64,000 bases of DNA, taken from Candidatus Hermodarchaeota archaeon (GTDB lineage: Archaea > Asgardarchaeota > Thorarchaeia > Thorarchaeales > Thorarchaeaceae). The stretch is from NCBI GenBank assembly GCA_048885865.1, contig JBHLLF010000001.1:128001-192000 (forward strand). The letters run 5' to 3'. The position numbers and the translations under genes are program-made. Positions within the stretch are counted from its first letter, which is position 1. Each line of letters starts with the position of its first letter. Shown here in pieces: positions 9,255 through 19,794 of the stretch. Under the pieces are notes generated by a model that worked only from the letters and a program-made list of their open reading frames with translations, searched no databases and was not told the origin of the DNA.

Positions 9255-10427
9255 CTACCGTGCTTCCTGTCCATCTTTGGTTTTGACAAGGAGCAATGCA
9301 ACTGTAGCAATTAGAGCCAAAACGATTGAATACTGAAAAGCGATCAGAGCTCCTATTGCATCCCAAAGGTATCCTATGATAATGCCAGCTGGCAGTGCGC
9401 ATAGACCTATGGACATTTGAAATGCTCCCAATATACTTGACCGCCTCTCTTCTTCAACGAGGTCTGAAACCAACGCAGTCTGAACTGGATCGAGTGCGCC
9501 GTTCATGAGACCAAAGAGAACGAACAATGGTATCACTGTCACCCAGTCATTCACAAAAAAGGCCCAAGCAGAGGTGAAAATGAGCAGAATGAATGCCATT
9601 ATGAGGATTGGCTTCCTGCCAAAACGGTCAGATGCACGTCCAAAGGGATATGCACTTGCTGCATAAACCCCTGTGAAGAGAATATAGAGGAGGGGCAGCT
9701 GTGATTCAAGATATCCAAAGCCTTGAGAGAAAAGCATTAGAAATGAATAGCTGAATGTTGCAAGAGCAAACAGAATTGATGCAAATAGGAATACCTTCAA
9801 GTTTCGATTCAATCCTCGGAAGCTAACTCCTTTGAAGACATCCTTTCCTTTTTTCTCCTCTATTAACACTGCGACCACTATGACACTTCCCAAACCTGGA
9901 AGAACTGCCAAAAGGATGATGCCTGTGTAACCAAGATACACAAATAATAGAGCTGTGATTATAGAACCCAGAACCGCTCCTGCTGTATCCATTGCACGCA
10001 ATATTCCAAAGGCACGCCCTCGTTTTTCTTCGTCAGCAAACCCAGCTACAATCGCGTCTCTAGGGGGTCCACGCATCTTTCCCAATCTATCAGTGGATTT
10101 GAAGAGTAGTATTTGAGCGAACCCCGTGGCCAGGAGGAAACCCAATCTAGAGATTGTGGAGAGAAAGTATCCGACAGAGATGAAAGCCTTCCTTCTACCC
10201 GTTCTATCGGAGGCATAGCCAGCACCCAGCTTCGATAATGATGTTATCGTTAAAGCTAGTCCGTCAACAATTCCAATTTGGAAGAACGAAAGACCAAGGC
10301 GAATTTGCAAGAATGTTGGCCAAATCGGTGCAATCATGTCGGAACTTGTATCACTCAGAAACGAGGCAGTTCCGAACACAAGGGTCGGATCACGCTCGCT
10401 TTTATCCTTGGCATCATCAACGGACAA
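9255..10427 (-). CDS. MFS transporter
   Basis: 12 TM pattern; GYASDRTGRRK and GRASDRFGRK motif A. Confidence 0.92.
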   Translation of the reverse strand: MSVDDAKDKSERDPTLVFGTASFLSDTSSDMIAPIWPTFLQIRLGLSFFQIGIVDGLALTITSLSKLGAGYASDRTGRRKAFISVGYFLSTISRLGFLLATGFAQILLFKSTDRLGKMRGPPRDAIVAGFADEEKRGRAFGILRAMDTAGAVLGSIITALLFVYLGYTGIILLAVLPGLGSVIVVAVLIEEKKGKDVFKGVSFRGLNRNLKVFLFASILFALATFSYSFLMLFSQGFGYLESQLPLLYILFTGVYAASAYPFGRASDRFGRKPILIMAFILLIFTSAWAFFVNDWVTVIPLFVLFGLMNGALDPVQTALVSDLVEEERRSSILGAFQMSIGLCALPAGIIIGYLWDAIGALIAFQYSIVLALIATVALLLVKTKDGQEAR

Positions 10428-10542
10428 GTCTTGAATTCCTCACGCTCCCTATTCACTCCTAGCTTTTATTTCATTGCCAGAAGAAAGTGCAATTGATTCC
10501 TAGTACACAAGCGTTTTATTATCCAAATATATCCGTGCCGCT

Positions 10543-11745
10543 ATGAGTCCTAGTAGGTCGAAAGTCTACTTTGGATCTGTGAAACATGGGAACACGGGTC
10601 GTTTTGCCTCATTTGGGGCAAAAGTGGACAAGGTTATCGAACTTCTTGACTTCTCATCAATAGAGAAGAAAGATAAAGTCGCTATCAAGATGCATTTGGG
10701 TTTTCATGACGGATATCAGACTGTGCCCGTCTTCTTCGTACGTCGGTTGGTCAAAGCGGTAAAGAAGGCTGGTGGATACCCATTCGTGACTGACAATCCT
10801 ACTGCAGTCTACAATGCTGCAGACCGTGGATACACGGCTGAAACTTGTGGATGCCCCATCATTCCAGCTGCTGGAGTCAAGGATGGCTATACAAGGAAGG
10901 TGGAGTTCAACTTTGGAAACGTTGACACCCTAGAGATGGGTGGAGTCCTAGCGGATGCTGATGTGCTGATTGATTTCACTCATGTTAAAGGCCACAACAC
11001 TTGCGGATATGGAGGAGCAGTGAAAAACATCGCCCTGGGTGGATATCATGGCCCGAGCAGATGGCAGAAGATACATGGCGTCGAGACCAGCATTCCCTAT
11101 TGGAATCCAGAGAAATGCACCCCAGAACATGCAAAGAAACTGGTTGAGATCTGTCCCGAAGAGTGCATAGAGTACAATGAAGAGAAGCACAATCTCACGG
11201 TCGCATTTGGAATGTGTAACCAGTGCTGGAAGTGCATGGAGGCGGACAAGGATGTTGGATGCCTTGATCTGAAACAAGAGAATTACGCGATGTTTCAAGA
11301 ACTCATGGCCAGGGCTGCAAATGAAGTCTTAAAGACCTTCGATGAGAACAAAAAATTCTTCCTGAACTTTGCCATAGACATCACTGGGATGTGTGATTGC
11401 TGGGGAATCGCTCAGCCGCATGTCGTGCACGACATTGGTGTCTTAGGAAGTAGGGACATCGTCGCCATTGAACAGGCATCACTCGACTTGATTGCAGAGG
11501 AGGGTCTCATTGAAAGCATGATTCCTCCTTACTACAGGAATCTGAACCTAGATCCTGAGGCTGATCTCCATCCATTCGCTAGACTGCACGGCCCTATGAA
11601 AAATCCCTATTTGGTGACTGAATATGCTGAGGGATTAGGAATGGGCTCACGGGATTATGAGCTCATAGAGGTCCTCTCAGTAGAAGAGACCATGAAGATG
11701 AAGCCTCCATCAGGAGTTTCTGAAGCTGCTCCGTCGTTCTTCTAG
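10543..11745 (+). CDS. DUF362 family Fe-S protein
   Basis: KVAIKMHLG, THVKGH, GGAVKNIALG, CDCW motifs; ferredoxin-like CP..CI and CNQCWKC. Confidence 0.85.
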   Translation: MSPSRSKVYFGSVKHGNTGRFASFGAKVDKVIELLDFSSIEKKDKVAIKMHLGFHDGYQTVPVFFVRRLVKAVKKAGGYPFVTDNPTAVYNAADRGYTAETCGCPIIPAAGVKDGYTRKVEFNFGNVDTLEMGGVLADADVLIDFTHVKGHNTCGYGGAVKNIALGGYHGPSRWQKIHGVETSIPYWNPEKCTPEHAKKLVEICPEECIEYNEEKHNLTVAFGMCNQCWKCMEADKDVGCLDLKQENYAMFQELMARAANEVLKTFDENKKFFLNFAIDITGMCDCWGIAQPHVVHDIGVLGSRDIVAIEQASLDLIAEEGLIESMIPPYYRNLNLDPEADLHPFARLHGPMKNPYLVTEYAEGLGMGSRDYELIEVLSVEETMKMKPPSGVSEAAPSFF

Positions 11746-11894
11746 TAATATAGGGGATTAAGTAGCTGCAGAGGGAACACTCAGTCAGAGCTTGCACCGA
11801 ATTTCAGACGAGTTAGCATCGCATACAACATAAGAACCTTTAATATATGCTAGTAACATAGGATATGTGACTAGCTCTTCTGAGTTATGAGAAG

Positions 11895-12347
11895 GTGGGA
11901 CGCCAGATGACTGAGAGTCTAACGCCTGAAGACAGACTTCGTAAGTATAAGGAGTTCATCTCAGGACTTGCGCATGCAAATGACTCGAGGCGTAGGAACC
12001 AATCACATGCTCTAAAAACTTCTACTCCTGAACCAAAGAAGCCTCCAGTGAAGAAAGAACTTGTTGCCGCTCTTGCGGTGCTCAAGGATGCCCAGGAGAA
12101 GATGGAGTCTGCCCTCTCAGATGAGCAGTCAGCTCGAAAGAATGTTATGCTGAGAATCAAGGAAAAAGCCCTTGAGTCCTCTATGCTTGATATACGAGAT
12201 GAGAAACGCAGATTGCGGCGTAAACTTGAGAAAGGCGAGATCACAGAGGCAGAATACGAAGCTGAAATTCAGAAGCTGGTTCGTAGAGGAAAAAGCGTTC
12301 TCAAAGAGCAGTCCGTTGTTGCAGCTAAGAAGAATGGTTTGGCGTAG
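11895..12347 (+). CDS. Coiled-coil hypothetical protein with SHOCT-like C-terminus
   Basis: Charged heptad pattern; LEKGEITEAEYE motif. Confidence 0.6.
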   Translation: MGRQMTESLTPEDRLRKYKEFISGLAHANDSRRRNQSHALKTSTPEPKKPPVKKELVAALAVLKDAQEKMESALSDEQSARKNVMLRIKEKALESSMLDIRDEKRRLRRKLEKGEITEAEYEAEIQKLVRRGKSVLKEQSVVAAKKNGLA

Positions 12348-12481
12348 AATCACCTTCATTCAGCTTGGCTTTTGCCCATTTCATTTATGATGTACTGTTT
12401 GATTTGAGTACAATACAATCATAGAAAAGTGAAAAAGGGCCACGATATTCAAGAATCCTGCTAATAGGGAGGCTGAATGCG

Positions 12482-13387
12482 CTGGCTAAGGGCAAATCTG
12501 GCAAGAGTTCCAAAGGGGCAAAGTCAGATGATGCCTATCTGCATCAGTTTTGCAAATTGAGTAAACGGGCAGCAGTGGACGAGCTATCTGAATTGATGAA
12601 AGGTTTTTGGACTGATAGGAGTGAGTATCCCCTTCATCGCTTATGCAAGATAATCGAGAAGAAATGGAAAAAGTCTGGGAATGAAGAGGAAGCTATTGAA
12701 CAGCTAATGCTTGTTCGGGACGGTGTCTTTGGAGCTCTTGACATGCTCTCCCTTTCATTGCCCCTCGAAATAGGCACAGACAAAATCATTCAGAAGCTCA
12801 TAAAGGGAAGAGACTGGGATGACGGCAGGAAACGCGTTCGAAGTGAATGCGCACAAATCATCAGTGGCATGATATCAGCAAGGGAATTTGCTCATATTCT
12901 CCCTTCAGGATTAGAACATGACGGCTTCACCTTCCTTGTACCTGAACTGAAAGAAGCCATGTTGAAAGATGTCAAGAAGGCTGAGCCAAAGGCCCGAAAA
13001 GGCAATGTAAGCTTAGCTGCGCTTTCGCGTTCGGTTCTTGGAAGGCGACTGCTGAAAGAACAGAAGATTACTGATACCAAGATTCCTGAAGGAGATCCAA
13101 GACTGACACCTCTGAAGGAAGCATATGATAGACTTTTAGTGGAGCTGGAATTAGACCATCAGGTAGCATTCCCCTTAGAAACGCATCAGGTGACTTTCAA
13201 CGGGAAAGTGGCAGAAGACGAAATGGAATATATGGCTTCGGCAGCTGGTGCTGAACCCGCTAGTGTTCAGTCTGAGCTAACTGAATACATCACAAGCTAC
13301 AAAGAGGCAAAGCGCAAGCCGAAGAAAAAGGGAAGGAAAAAGCCTAGGAAATCCTCAGGCCGCAAAAAGAAAAAAGGAGGAGCATAA
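12482..13387 (+). CDS. Hypothetical protein, paralogous to N-terminal domain of 6533..7936; Lys-rich tail
   Basis: Frame extends to CTG at 12482 with GGAGG at 12468-72; shared motifs with 6533..7936. Confidence 0.7.
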   Translation: MAKGKSGKSSKGAKSDDAYLHQFCKLSKRAAVDELSELMKGFWTDRSEYPLHRLCKIIEKKWKKSGNEEEAIEQLMLVRDGVFGALDMLSLSLPLEIGTDKIIQKLIKGRDWDDGRKRVRSECAQIISGMISAREFAHILPSGLEHDGFTFLVPELKEAMLKDVKKAEPKARKGNVSLAALSRSVLGRRLLKEQKITDTKIPEGDPRLTPLKEAYDRLLVELELDHQVAFPLETHQVTFNGKVAEDEMEYMASAAGAEPASVQSELTEYITSYKEAKRKPKKKGRKKPRKSSGRKKKKGGA

Positions 13388-13388
13388 G

Positions 13389-14882
13389 CTGTCCCCTATT
13401 TCTGCTGATTTCCTAGCCCTTGAAATCAAGAAGCTTGATGAAATGCGAAAAGCCGTATGGAATCTGGAATCAGCCCAACCCGAGCTCATGTATGAAGCAG
13501 CACAGACTCTCACTATGTATGGTGTCAATCGAACTCTTCTCCCATCTGCAATGCATCATTTGCTAGCTGATGATATCTTTGTGCGGAAGATTCTCTTCAG
13601 GGCAGCTGGCAAGAATATCTATGGTGCGTATATTCCCGAATTCTTCTCTCAATTGCCAAATCTGCCCCCAGCAGAGGTAGCTCAAGTGCTTCAAAGCATC
13701 AAGGAAGCCTTCAAGGAAAATGGACCCCCGCTAGAAAAGCTTGAGTTGAAAAGATGGATCACGGCCTTGGAGAAACTGGGTCGAGAACACCAACCCGGCA
13801 TAGTTGAGATTATGGCTACGCTTGGAAACCATGGATTCCGATGGGTGACCAAGCTAATCAGAAATAACCTAGAAGGTTTGAATATAGGTGCAATTGCCAG
13901 CATTCAGGAATTTCCTGAGAAGCACAGGTTTGCACTGGTACGACTCCTCTGTGAAGAAGCCTCACATCGAAAGCCAGACTTATTGACATACATTGCAGGA
14001 GTTACTGATTCAAAATCAGTTAGATTCCTGAAGTCTTTTCTGTCGAGTGGAAAATGGAAAGATCGGAAAGAGGTTGCTGAAGCTGTGGGTCGTGTGGGAA
14101 TTACCTCCGCATCGGGTCTTGTCAGAGACCTTCTGAATGATCCTGATTGGAGAGTCAAGCAAGCTCTAGCTGAGAATATCAACGTATCTAAATCGAAGAT
14201 TTCAAGCCTACTTAGAATAATGGAGATTCTTGTTGCAGATTCTCACACCAGGGTGAAACGTTCAGCTGGTAGAACACTACTCAGAATGGGACTAAAGCCA
14301 TGCATAGGTTCTAGTCTGGACGCCCAACGCGACAAGTTGATGAAACGATTTAGAGGTCAACTCTTGAAAGCGGCACCATTGAACAAGGAAATCGATTCAA
14401 CTTGGTTGGGTGTTGATCTATCCGGAGAGAGTCCCTTCCCATCTAGTGCCCCCGATGATGCCCCATATTCGGCCAAACCGCAACCAGTGGGACTTGGCGA
14501 CCTTGCATCAGCCTTGTCAACACGGAAGGCGGAATCTACGAGTCCTGAAGTCGAGTTAGACCTCCGAACAGCGCTGCTCAAGAAGATGTTGGAGTCTAAA
14601 GAATCGACAGATGCATCTGCAGTGATCGCAGAACCTACAACTAGCGACGCATCAAAGATAGATCAAAACCTCCCTCCACCCGCGCGATTCCTAGCACTAA
14701 TGGATGAATTATCATCGACTCTTGGCAAAGCCCTCCCAGTCATGGTGATGAAGGCAAAGGCCTCAGAAATTGAGTTATCGTCTGATGAGTTTGATGAGGT
14801 ACTTGGTCAGTTAGTGAAAGAAGGTACAGTCTATATGGTTGATGAGGATACTGTACGGCGAGCTGACATACTGACCGAGTAG
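13389..14882 (+). CDS. HEAT-repeat protein with C-terminal winged-helix
   Basis: LLNDPDWRVKQALAE and LVADSHTRVKRSAG HEAT units; C-terminal FDEVLGQLVKEGTVY (MCM/RPA32-type WH); probable CTG start at 13389 after GGAGG (ORF-track start 13443). Confidence 0.75.
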   Translation: MSPISADFLALEIKKLDEMRKAVWNLESAQPELMYEAAQTLTMYGVNRTLLPSAMHHLLADDIFVRKILFRAAGKNIYGAYIPEFFSQLPNLPPAEVAQVLQSIKEAFKENGPPLEKLELKRWITALEKLGREHQPGIVEIMATLGNHGFRWVTKLIRNNLEGLNIGAIASIQEFPEKHRFALVRLLCEEASHRKPDLLTYIAGVTDSKSVRFLKSFLSSGKWKDRKEVAEAVGRVGITSASGLVRDLLNDPDWRVKQALAENINVSKSKISSLLRIMEILVADSHTRVKRSAGRTLLRMGLKPCIGSSLDAQRDKLMKRFRGQLLKAAPLNKEIDSTWLGVDLSGESPFPSSAPDDAPYSAKPQPVGLGDLASALSTRKAESTSPEVELDLRTALLKKMLESKESTDASAVIAEPTTSDASKIDQNLPPPARFLALMDELSSTLGKALPVMVMKAKASEIELSSDEFDEVLGQLVKEGTVYMVDEDTVRRADILTE

Positions 14883-14945
14883 ATGGCGCTTGGGTAACAC
14901 TAATCAGAACTTTGTAATCTTAACCAAGAAGGCGAGGAGAGAATA

Positions 14946-16268
14946 TTGTCTGAGAGCACATTGATTCAGGATGGCCTGGTCGTCACTGGGGACCGCAAAG
15001 GCACGATGTATTCGGATGGATATGTAAGAATCGAAGGCAATCAAATTGCGGAGCTGGGAAAGGGCAAGCCGAAAGGCAAAGCTGACAATGTCATAGATGC
15101 TAAGGGATGTGTTGTTATACCTGGGCTAATCACGGCTCATACGCATCTCTATGGCATTCTTTTGCGGGGTGCAAGTCTCAATATAGAGCCACCCACTGAT
15201 TTCGCTCAGATACTTCAAAGAGTATGGTGGCCTCTCGATGAAACAATGAATCTGGAGGATGCGCATGCAAGTGCCCTTTCAGCATCTGCTGATATGCTTC
15301 GAAATGGCTCAACATTCTTCGCCGATACCTATTCCGGTCCCAACTCAATTGAAGGTGTGTTAGATAGTGTTGCTGATGGATCGAATAGAGTCGGAATGCG
15401 GTCCATGCTTGCATTTGAAATGACTGAAAGAGACAGTGTAGAGATTGGTCACAGGGGACTTGAAGAGAATGTGAGATTCTCAGGGTGTGCGAAATGTGGA
15501 GGACTCGCCTCCCTGATGATGAGCATCCATGCATCATTTACAGTCACAGATGAACTCATCCAAAAAGCAGTAGAGGAGGCTCGTAGACTGGATGTACCGA
15601 TTACTATTCACACGTCTGAAGGTCTTGTTGACCTGTATCACAATTTGGAGCGCTATGGAGAGAGAACAGTTGAGCGTCTTGCCAGACTTGGCGTTCTTGG
15701 TCCTAAGACGGTTCTAGCACATTGTGTTCATGTCAATGACAGAGAGCTCGACCTCATTGCTGAACACAAGGCATCAGTTGCTCACAATCCCATGTCAAAC
15801 ATGCTGAATGCAGTTGGAACTGCTCCAGTTCCTGGAATGCTGAAACGAGGAATTCCTGTGGGGCTTGGAAATGATGGGTGGATATATGATCCTTTCGAGA
15901 ACATGAGATGTGCGCTGACTGTCCATCGTCTTGAAAACCGAGATCCTAGCATCATTGGTCCGGATGATATTTTCAGAATGGTCACCCTCGATGGTGCTCG
16001 ATGCTATGGTCTTGAGAATCAAATAGGCAGTCTAGAAGTGGGCAAGCTGGCTGACATGGCAATTCTGAATGGTACGCGAGTTCCCACGCCGTTGACTCCT
16101 GATTCAGTGATTGGACACCTCATAAACACCTTTGGGGGAAGAGATGTTGCGCATGTATTCGTAGATGGTGTTCAAGTAGTAAAGGACGGATCACTCACAC
16201 TCATATCAGATGAAGAGGTTTCGGAGGTCTCTCGAGCAGCCAGTGCGAAGCTATGGTCGAGGTTATAG
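14946..16268 (+). CDS. Amidohydrolase (SsnA / MTA-SAH deaminase family)
   Basis: PGLITAHTH, IHTSEG, AHCVH, GLGNDG, GSLEVGKLAD. Confidence 0.9.
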   Translation: MSESTLIQDGLVVTGDRKGTMYSDGYVRIEGNQIAELGKGKPKGKADNVIDAKGCVVIPGLITAHTHLYGILLRGASLNIEPPTDFAQILQRVWWPLDETMNLEDAHASALSASADMLRNGSTFFADTYSGPNSIEGVLDSVADGSNRVGMRSMLAFEMTERDSVEIGHRGLEENVRFSGCAKCGGLASLMMSIHASFTVTDELIQKAVEEARRLDVPITIHTSEGLVDLYHNLERYGERTVERLARLGVLGPKTVLAHCVHVNDRELDLIAEHKASVAHNPMSNMLNAVGTAPVPGMLKRGIPVGLGNDGWIYDPFENMRCALTVHRLENRDPSIIGPDDIFRMVTLDGARCYGLENQIGSLEVGKLADMAILNGTRVPTPLTPDSVIGHLINTFGGRDVAHVFVDGVQVVKDGSLTLISDEEVSEVSRAASAKLWSRL

Positions 16269-16314
16269 AAGCACCAGATGCAAACCGTTTTCAACTGGTC
16301 GTTAGTCGCCAAGA

Positions 16315-17262
16315 GTGGTGCTATCTCTGAATCGCAACTTCACCTTTAATCATGCAATCTTCGATGCACACACCCATGGAATCGACCCTGACTCACTCGA
16401 CCTTTTAGTCAGTATTCAAGGGAAATATGGAATTAAAAAAGCAGTCCTCATCTGCCACAGTCCTGCAATAATGGAATATGCCAGAAGCACATATCCGGGT
16501 CGTTTCATCTGCGCCAAATACTTCTCTGGTACAATGCGATTCACTGAGGGCCCGCACAATCTTGCTCGAGAGGTTCTTGCAGCTCCTGAAGAAGGCTATG
16601 ACCTCGTGAAAATGCAATCAGCTCCAGTAATGAGGGCCCGAGCTAAGGCAGACCCCGGTGAGCTTCGTCTTGATGGCGATGAGATGTCGCCTATGTTCGA
16701 AGCCATAATTGATGCTGGCATTCCATTCATTCTACACTTGTCCGATCCGGACACCTATTATGACAGCAGATACACTGACACTGATTATTTTGGGACTAAG
16801 GAAAGAGACCTTGAAGAGCTGGAGGGAGTGCTGTCAAGGTATCCAGCAATTAAATTCCAAATAGCTCACTTCGCAGCACAACCAGAGATTCATCGCCTGG
16901 ACAATCTTTCGCGGTGGTTCGATACATACAAGAACTTCAACATAGACACAAGTTCGGCTAGATGGATGTCCAGAGAATTGAGTAAGGATGTGGACCGGGC
17001 GAGTAACTTTCTGGCAAGACACAGCGATCGTATCCAATTTGGGACTGATTGTGTGGCATTCACGGACGATTCAAGCTATTATGATGGGCGGCATCTTGCT
17101 CTCAGACTGCTCCTGGAGAGCTCAGTTCGTGATACACCATTGCCCTTTCAGGATGCAGATACAGTGAACAGCGGCGGGACAATAATCAATGGACTAGAGC
17201 TTGCACAGGATGTCTTACAGAAGATTTACTGGAATAACGCGTGTGAATTCTATGGCATCTAG
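16315..17262 (+). CDS. Amidohydrolase_2 family protein
   Basis: IFDAHTH, ILHLSDP, IAHF, FGTD, IYWNNA. Confidence 0.85.
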   Translation: MVLSLNRNFTFNHAIFDAHTHGIDPDSLDLLVSIQGKYGIKKAVLICHSPAIMEYARSTYPGRFICAKYFSGTMRFTEGPHNLAREVLAAPEEGYDLVKMQSAPVMRARAKADPGELRLDGDEMSPMFEAIIDAGIPFILHLSDPDTYYDSRYTDTDYFGTKERDLEELEGVLSRYPAIKFQIAHFAAQPEIHRLDNLSRWFDTYKNFNIDTSSARWMSRELSKDVDRASNFLARHSDRIQFGTDCVAFTDDSSYYDGRHLALRLLLESSVRDTPLPFQDADTVNSGGTIINGLELAQDVLQKIYWNNACEFYGI

Positions 17263-17337
17263 AGCATGAAGCGCCATGCCCTAGCGAGGCTATGATTTGG
17301 CGACCATATATTCCTAGGTCCGAGCTAATCTTCGACT

Positions 17338-17898
17338 CTAATATGTCACAGATCTCATGCCTGCTTCTCTTGCATTTTGAACTGTATACAGGCTCTCACG
17401 CACTGAGCCTTTGCCATTCATCCCTGGAGCTATGATAGATTCAACATGGTCCATCCCTAGATACCGGCAGATTTCCTCAAACATTCCAACTGTATGCCGA
17501 GCATAATGTGAATTTCCTCCTCCCATTGGAATTGCGAGAATGACTCGCTTACCTTGGAAGGTTGATTGGTCCACTCCATACCATCTATCCAGAAATGCCT
17601 TGAATTGGGCTGTAGGTCCCCACCAGTAAATTGGAGTTCCCAAAACCCAAACGTCACTCTTCTTCATCAACTCAAGGACATGTTTCATGTCGTCGTCTTG
17701 TACACACTTCCCTGTTGTCTGACATCCATTGCAGGCTGTACAGGGAGATATGTTGAGGTCTCTGAGGGTGGCCTTTGCAGCTTCGGCTCCAGCTTCCACT
17801 GCTCCAGCCAGGACCTCATCGACCAATGTCTCTGTATTTCCTCCTCTACGAGGGCTCCCCACAATCCCCAGAACATGTCTATAGCCTGAGGTCTCCAT
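17338..17898 (-). CDS. Iron-sulfur flavoprotein (flavodoxin-like)
   Basis: GSPRRGGNT; CxxCxxCx5C; GTPIYW; KAFLDR. Confidence 0.92.
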   Translation of the reverse strand: METSGYRHVLGIVGSPRRGGNTETLVDEVLAGAVEAGAEAAKATLRDLNISPCTACNGCQTTGKCVQDDDMKHVLELMKKSDVWVLGTPIYWWGPTAQFKAFLDRWYGVDQSTFQGKRVILAIPMGGGNSHYARHTVGMFEEICRYLGMDHVESIIAPGMNGKGSVRESLYTVQNAREAGMRSVTY

Positions 17899-17922
17899 AG
17901 ATCCTCCTCCACAATTGATGTT

Positions 17923-18864
17923 TCATTTCTCCTTGCGATAGATAAGGAATTTCTCGAAAGCTGTGAACTCGGGTTTCATTCTGACAATTGCTTCCGCTTC
18001 TACTCCATCTGTACTGAATCCGAAACTGGACATAATTGGAACATCAGTCCAACCAGCTTCTTTACAGTCCTTCGCAAGCTCAACCAGAAGTCGCTCCCAA
18101 GCATAGTCGTATCCCGGCTTCAAGGCTCTGAACCTAAGGATTAGTCGCTCACCGTCAGCTGGGATGTTGACGGTTTCGGGGCTGGTTCGTAGAGCGGCCG
18201 TTGCTCCAACAGCCTCATCGCCATCAAACAGGATTATTGGGGCTCTATTCGGGAAGACACGATCCTTGAAGTAGGATACAAACCCCTCTCTATCTGCGAA
18301 TGCTTCTCTGAGACGCTCATCAGCCAAGCACAAGTCAATCAGCTTATCGATATCGTCTTCAGTTGCTTTCCTTGCTTTCAGTTTTGCCGCCTTCCCCTCC
18401 ACTTCCTTCTTGGCTGTCTCCTTGACATCAAAATCGACGCTGTACTGGTAGTATGTTTCATGGTCCGTAAAGCCGAGTTCCCGGAAGAACTTATCCTGCT
18501 TGTCCTTAATCTTTGAACGAAGGACAATGCCCGTGGTGATTCTGTCGATATCCTCTTTGCTCTTGAGATATTCGAACTGCTCGGTGAAGAGCTTTTTCTG
18601 TACTTCCGGGGGACAATCTGGCATAGTCCAGCAATATCCAATATTCGCCCTACCAGGTTCATCATCAGAAACACTTGAAGTGACATAGGCAAGGGGCTTA
18701 CCATCTTCCGTCAATGCGTACCTAGTTGCATCTTCGCCGCGTTGGATGTTGCGGTCTCGAATCTGCCAACCCTGAGCTGGAAGACCTGAAGCCTCAGTAT
18801 AGATCTGGGCTTGAATATCCTCCAGTCCTTCATCGGCATTCCATTTCTTGTATACAACCTTCAT
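17923..18864 (-). CDS. Hypothetical protein, possible tandem GNAT fold
   Basis: Start MKVVY after GAGGAG; FFRELGF and ARKATEDDI resemble GNAT elements. Confidence 0.6.
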   Translation of the reverse strand: MKVVYKKWNADEGLEDIQAQIYTEASGLPAQGWQIRDRNIQRGEDATRYALTEDGKPLAYVTSSVSDDEPGRANIGYCWTMPDCPPEVQKKLFTEQFEYLKSKEDIDRITTGIVLRSKIKDKQDKFFRELGFTDHETYYQYSVDFDVKETAKKEVEGKAAKLKARKATEDDIDKLIDLCLADERLREAFADREGFVSYFKDRVFPNRAPIILFDGDEAVGATAALRTSPETVNIPADGERLILRFRALKPGYDYAWERLLVELAKDCKEAGWTDVPIMSSFGFSTDGVEAEAIVRMKPEFTAFEKFLIYRKEK

Positions 18865-19056
18865 TCTACTTCTCCTCTCAACACTATCCGAATCGAATAC
18901 AGGGAAAATATACAGTGCGCATACAAATATTGTATATAATAAACCTTTGCTCTCACAACCATTTGTTCGACAAAATACGAATTCCCTAGAACTCAAGAAT
19001 CGGTAGGATTGATTAATTCTAACAAGTCAAAGGAAGAGTGAGATTCCAGCTGATTC

Positions 19057-19356
19057 CTATTTCTTCTTGCGCTTTCTTTTTGGCTTTATGAACTCCTCCA
19101 GCGAGCTCTGTTGAATTGGCCCAAGTTTCCATCTCTTGCCATCAGGATTCCTCTCGACAACCTTCTCTCGCTCCATATTATGCAGATGATAGAGGATTGT
19201 CGCTGTTGTCACCTCGACACTCTCAGCAATCTCCCCCACAGTTTTCCAGTTTTCACTAGCCAGAGTCTGCAGTATCTCAGTTCTACGAGCAAGTCCTCTG
19301 TCAATATTCCTAATCCAATGAAGGTATGCCCTACGGTCAAGAGTCAGATTGTTCAA
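19057..19356 (-). CDS. Winged helix-turn-helix regulator (ArsR-like)
   Basis: RTEILQTL...TVGEIAESVEVTTATILYHLHNMEREKVVER. Confidence 0.85.
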   Translation of the reverse strand: MNNLTLDRRAYLHWIRNIDRGLARRTEILQTLASENWKTVGEIAESVEVTTATILYHLHNMEREKVVERNPDGKRWKLGPIQQSSLEEFIKPKRKRKKK

Positions 19357-19400
19357 CCCATCAATGGTTGCACGCAGAACGAAATGTGTGTTTCTCTTGC

Positions 19401-19679
19401 CTATTTCCTTGAAAGACCCATTAAATCAAGAAAGGCTGCAGGTTCGCTCCCTTCGGTAATGGGTCTTATCCTGTATTTTGGATACGTGTGACTCAACTTC
19501 GCAGCAATTCTTGTGCCGTAGAGTTTCTTGAACAGCTGAGCTTTGGCTCCTCGCCAAAGATAGATTACTTTCTCATCGTGATCAATGAAAACTAGGACTT
19601 TATCAGTCTCAATTGTTGAGGCGCTTGCTTCAGTCTCAGTCATCTTGGCGTCTGAGTCTATTTCAAAGGCCTCTACCAT
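19401..19679 (-). CDS. Single-domain gelsolin-like protein
   Basis: 92 aa from MVEAF; VLVFID, IYLWRG and ITEGSEPAAF match gelsolin repeat motifs (YxWxG, EGxExxxF). Confidence 0.85.
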   Translation of the reverse strand: MVEAFEIDSDAKMTETEASASTIETDKVLVFIDHDEKVIYLWRGAKAQLFKKLYGTRIAAKLSHTYPKYRIRPITEGSEPAAFLDLMGLSRK

Positions 19680-19794
19680 CAATATCCCTCGCATGAAGGT
19701 TACAAAGAAGGATGCATTCCCTCTTATGATACTTTTCCAAATGTATTGCACTCTTTGGTGATATTGATTAAGCACAAGCAACTTACAAAAAGGG

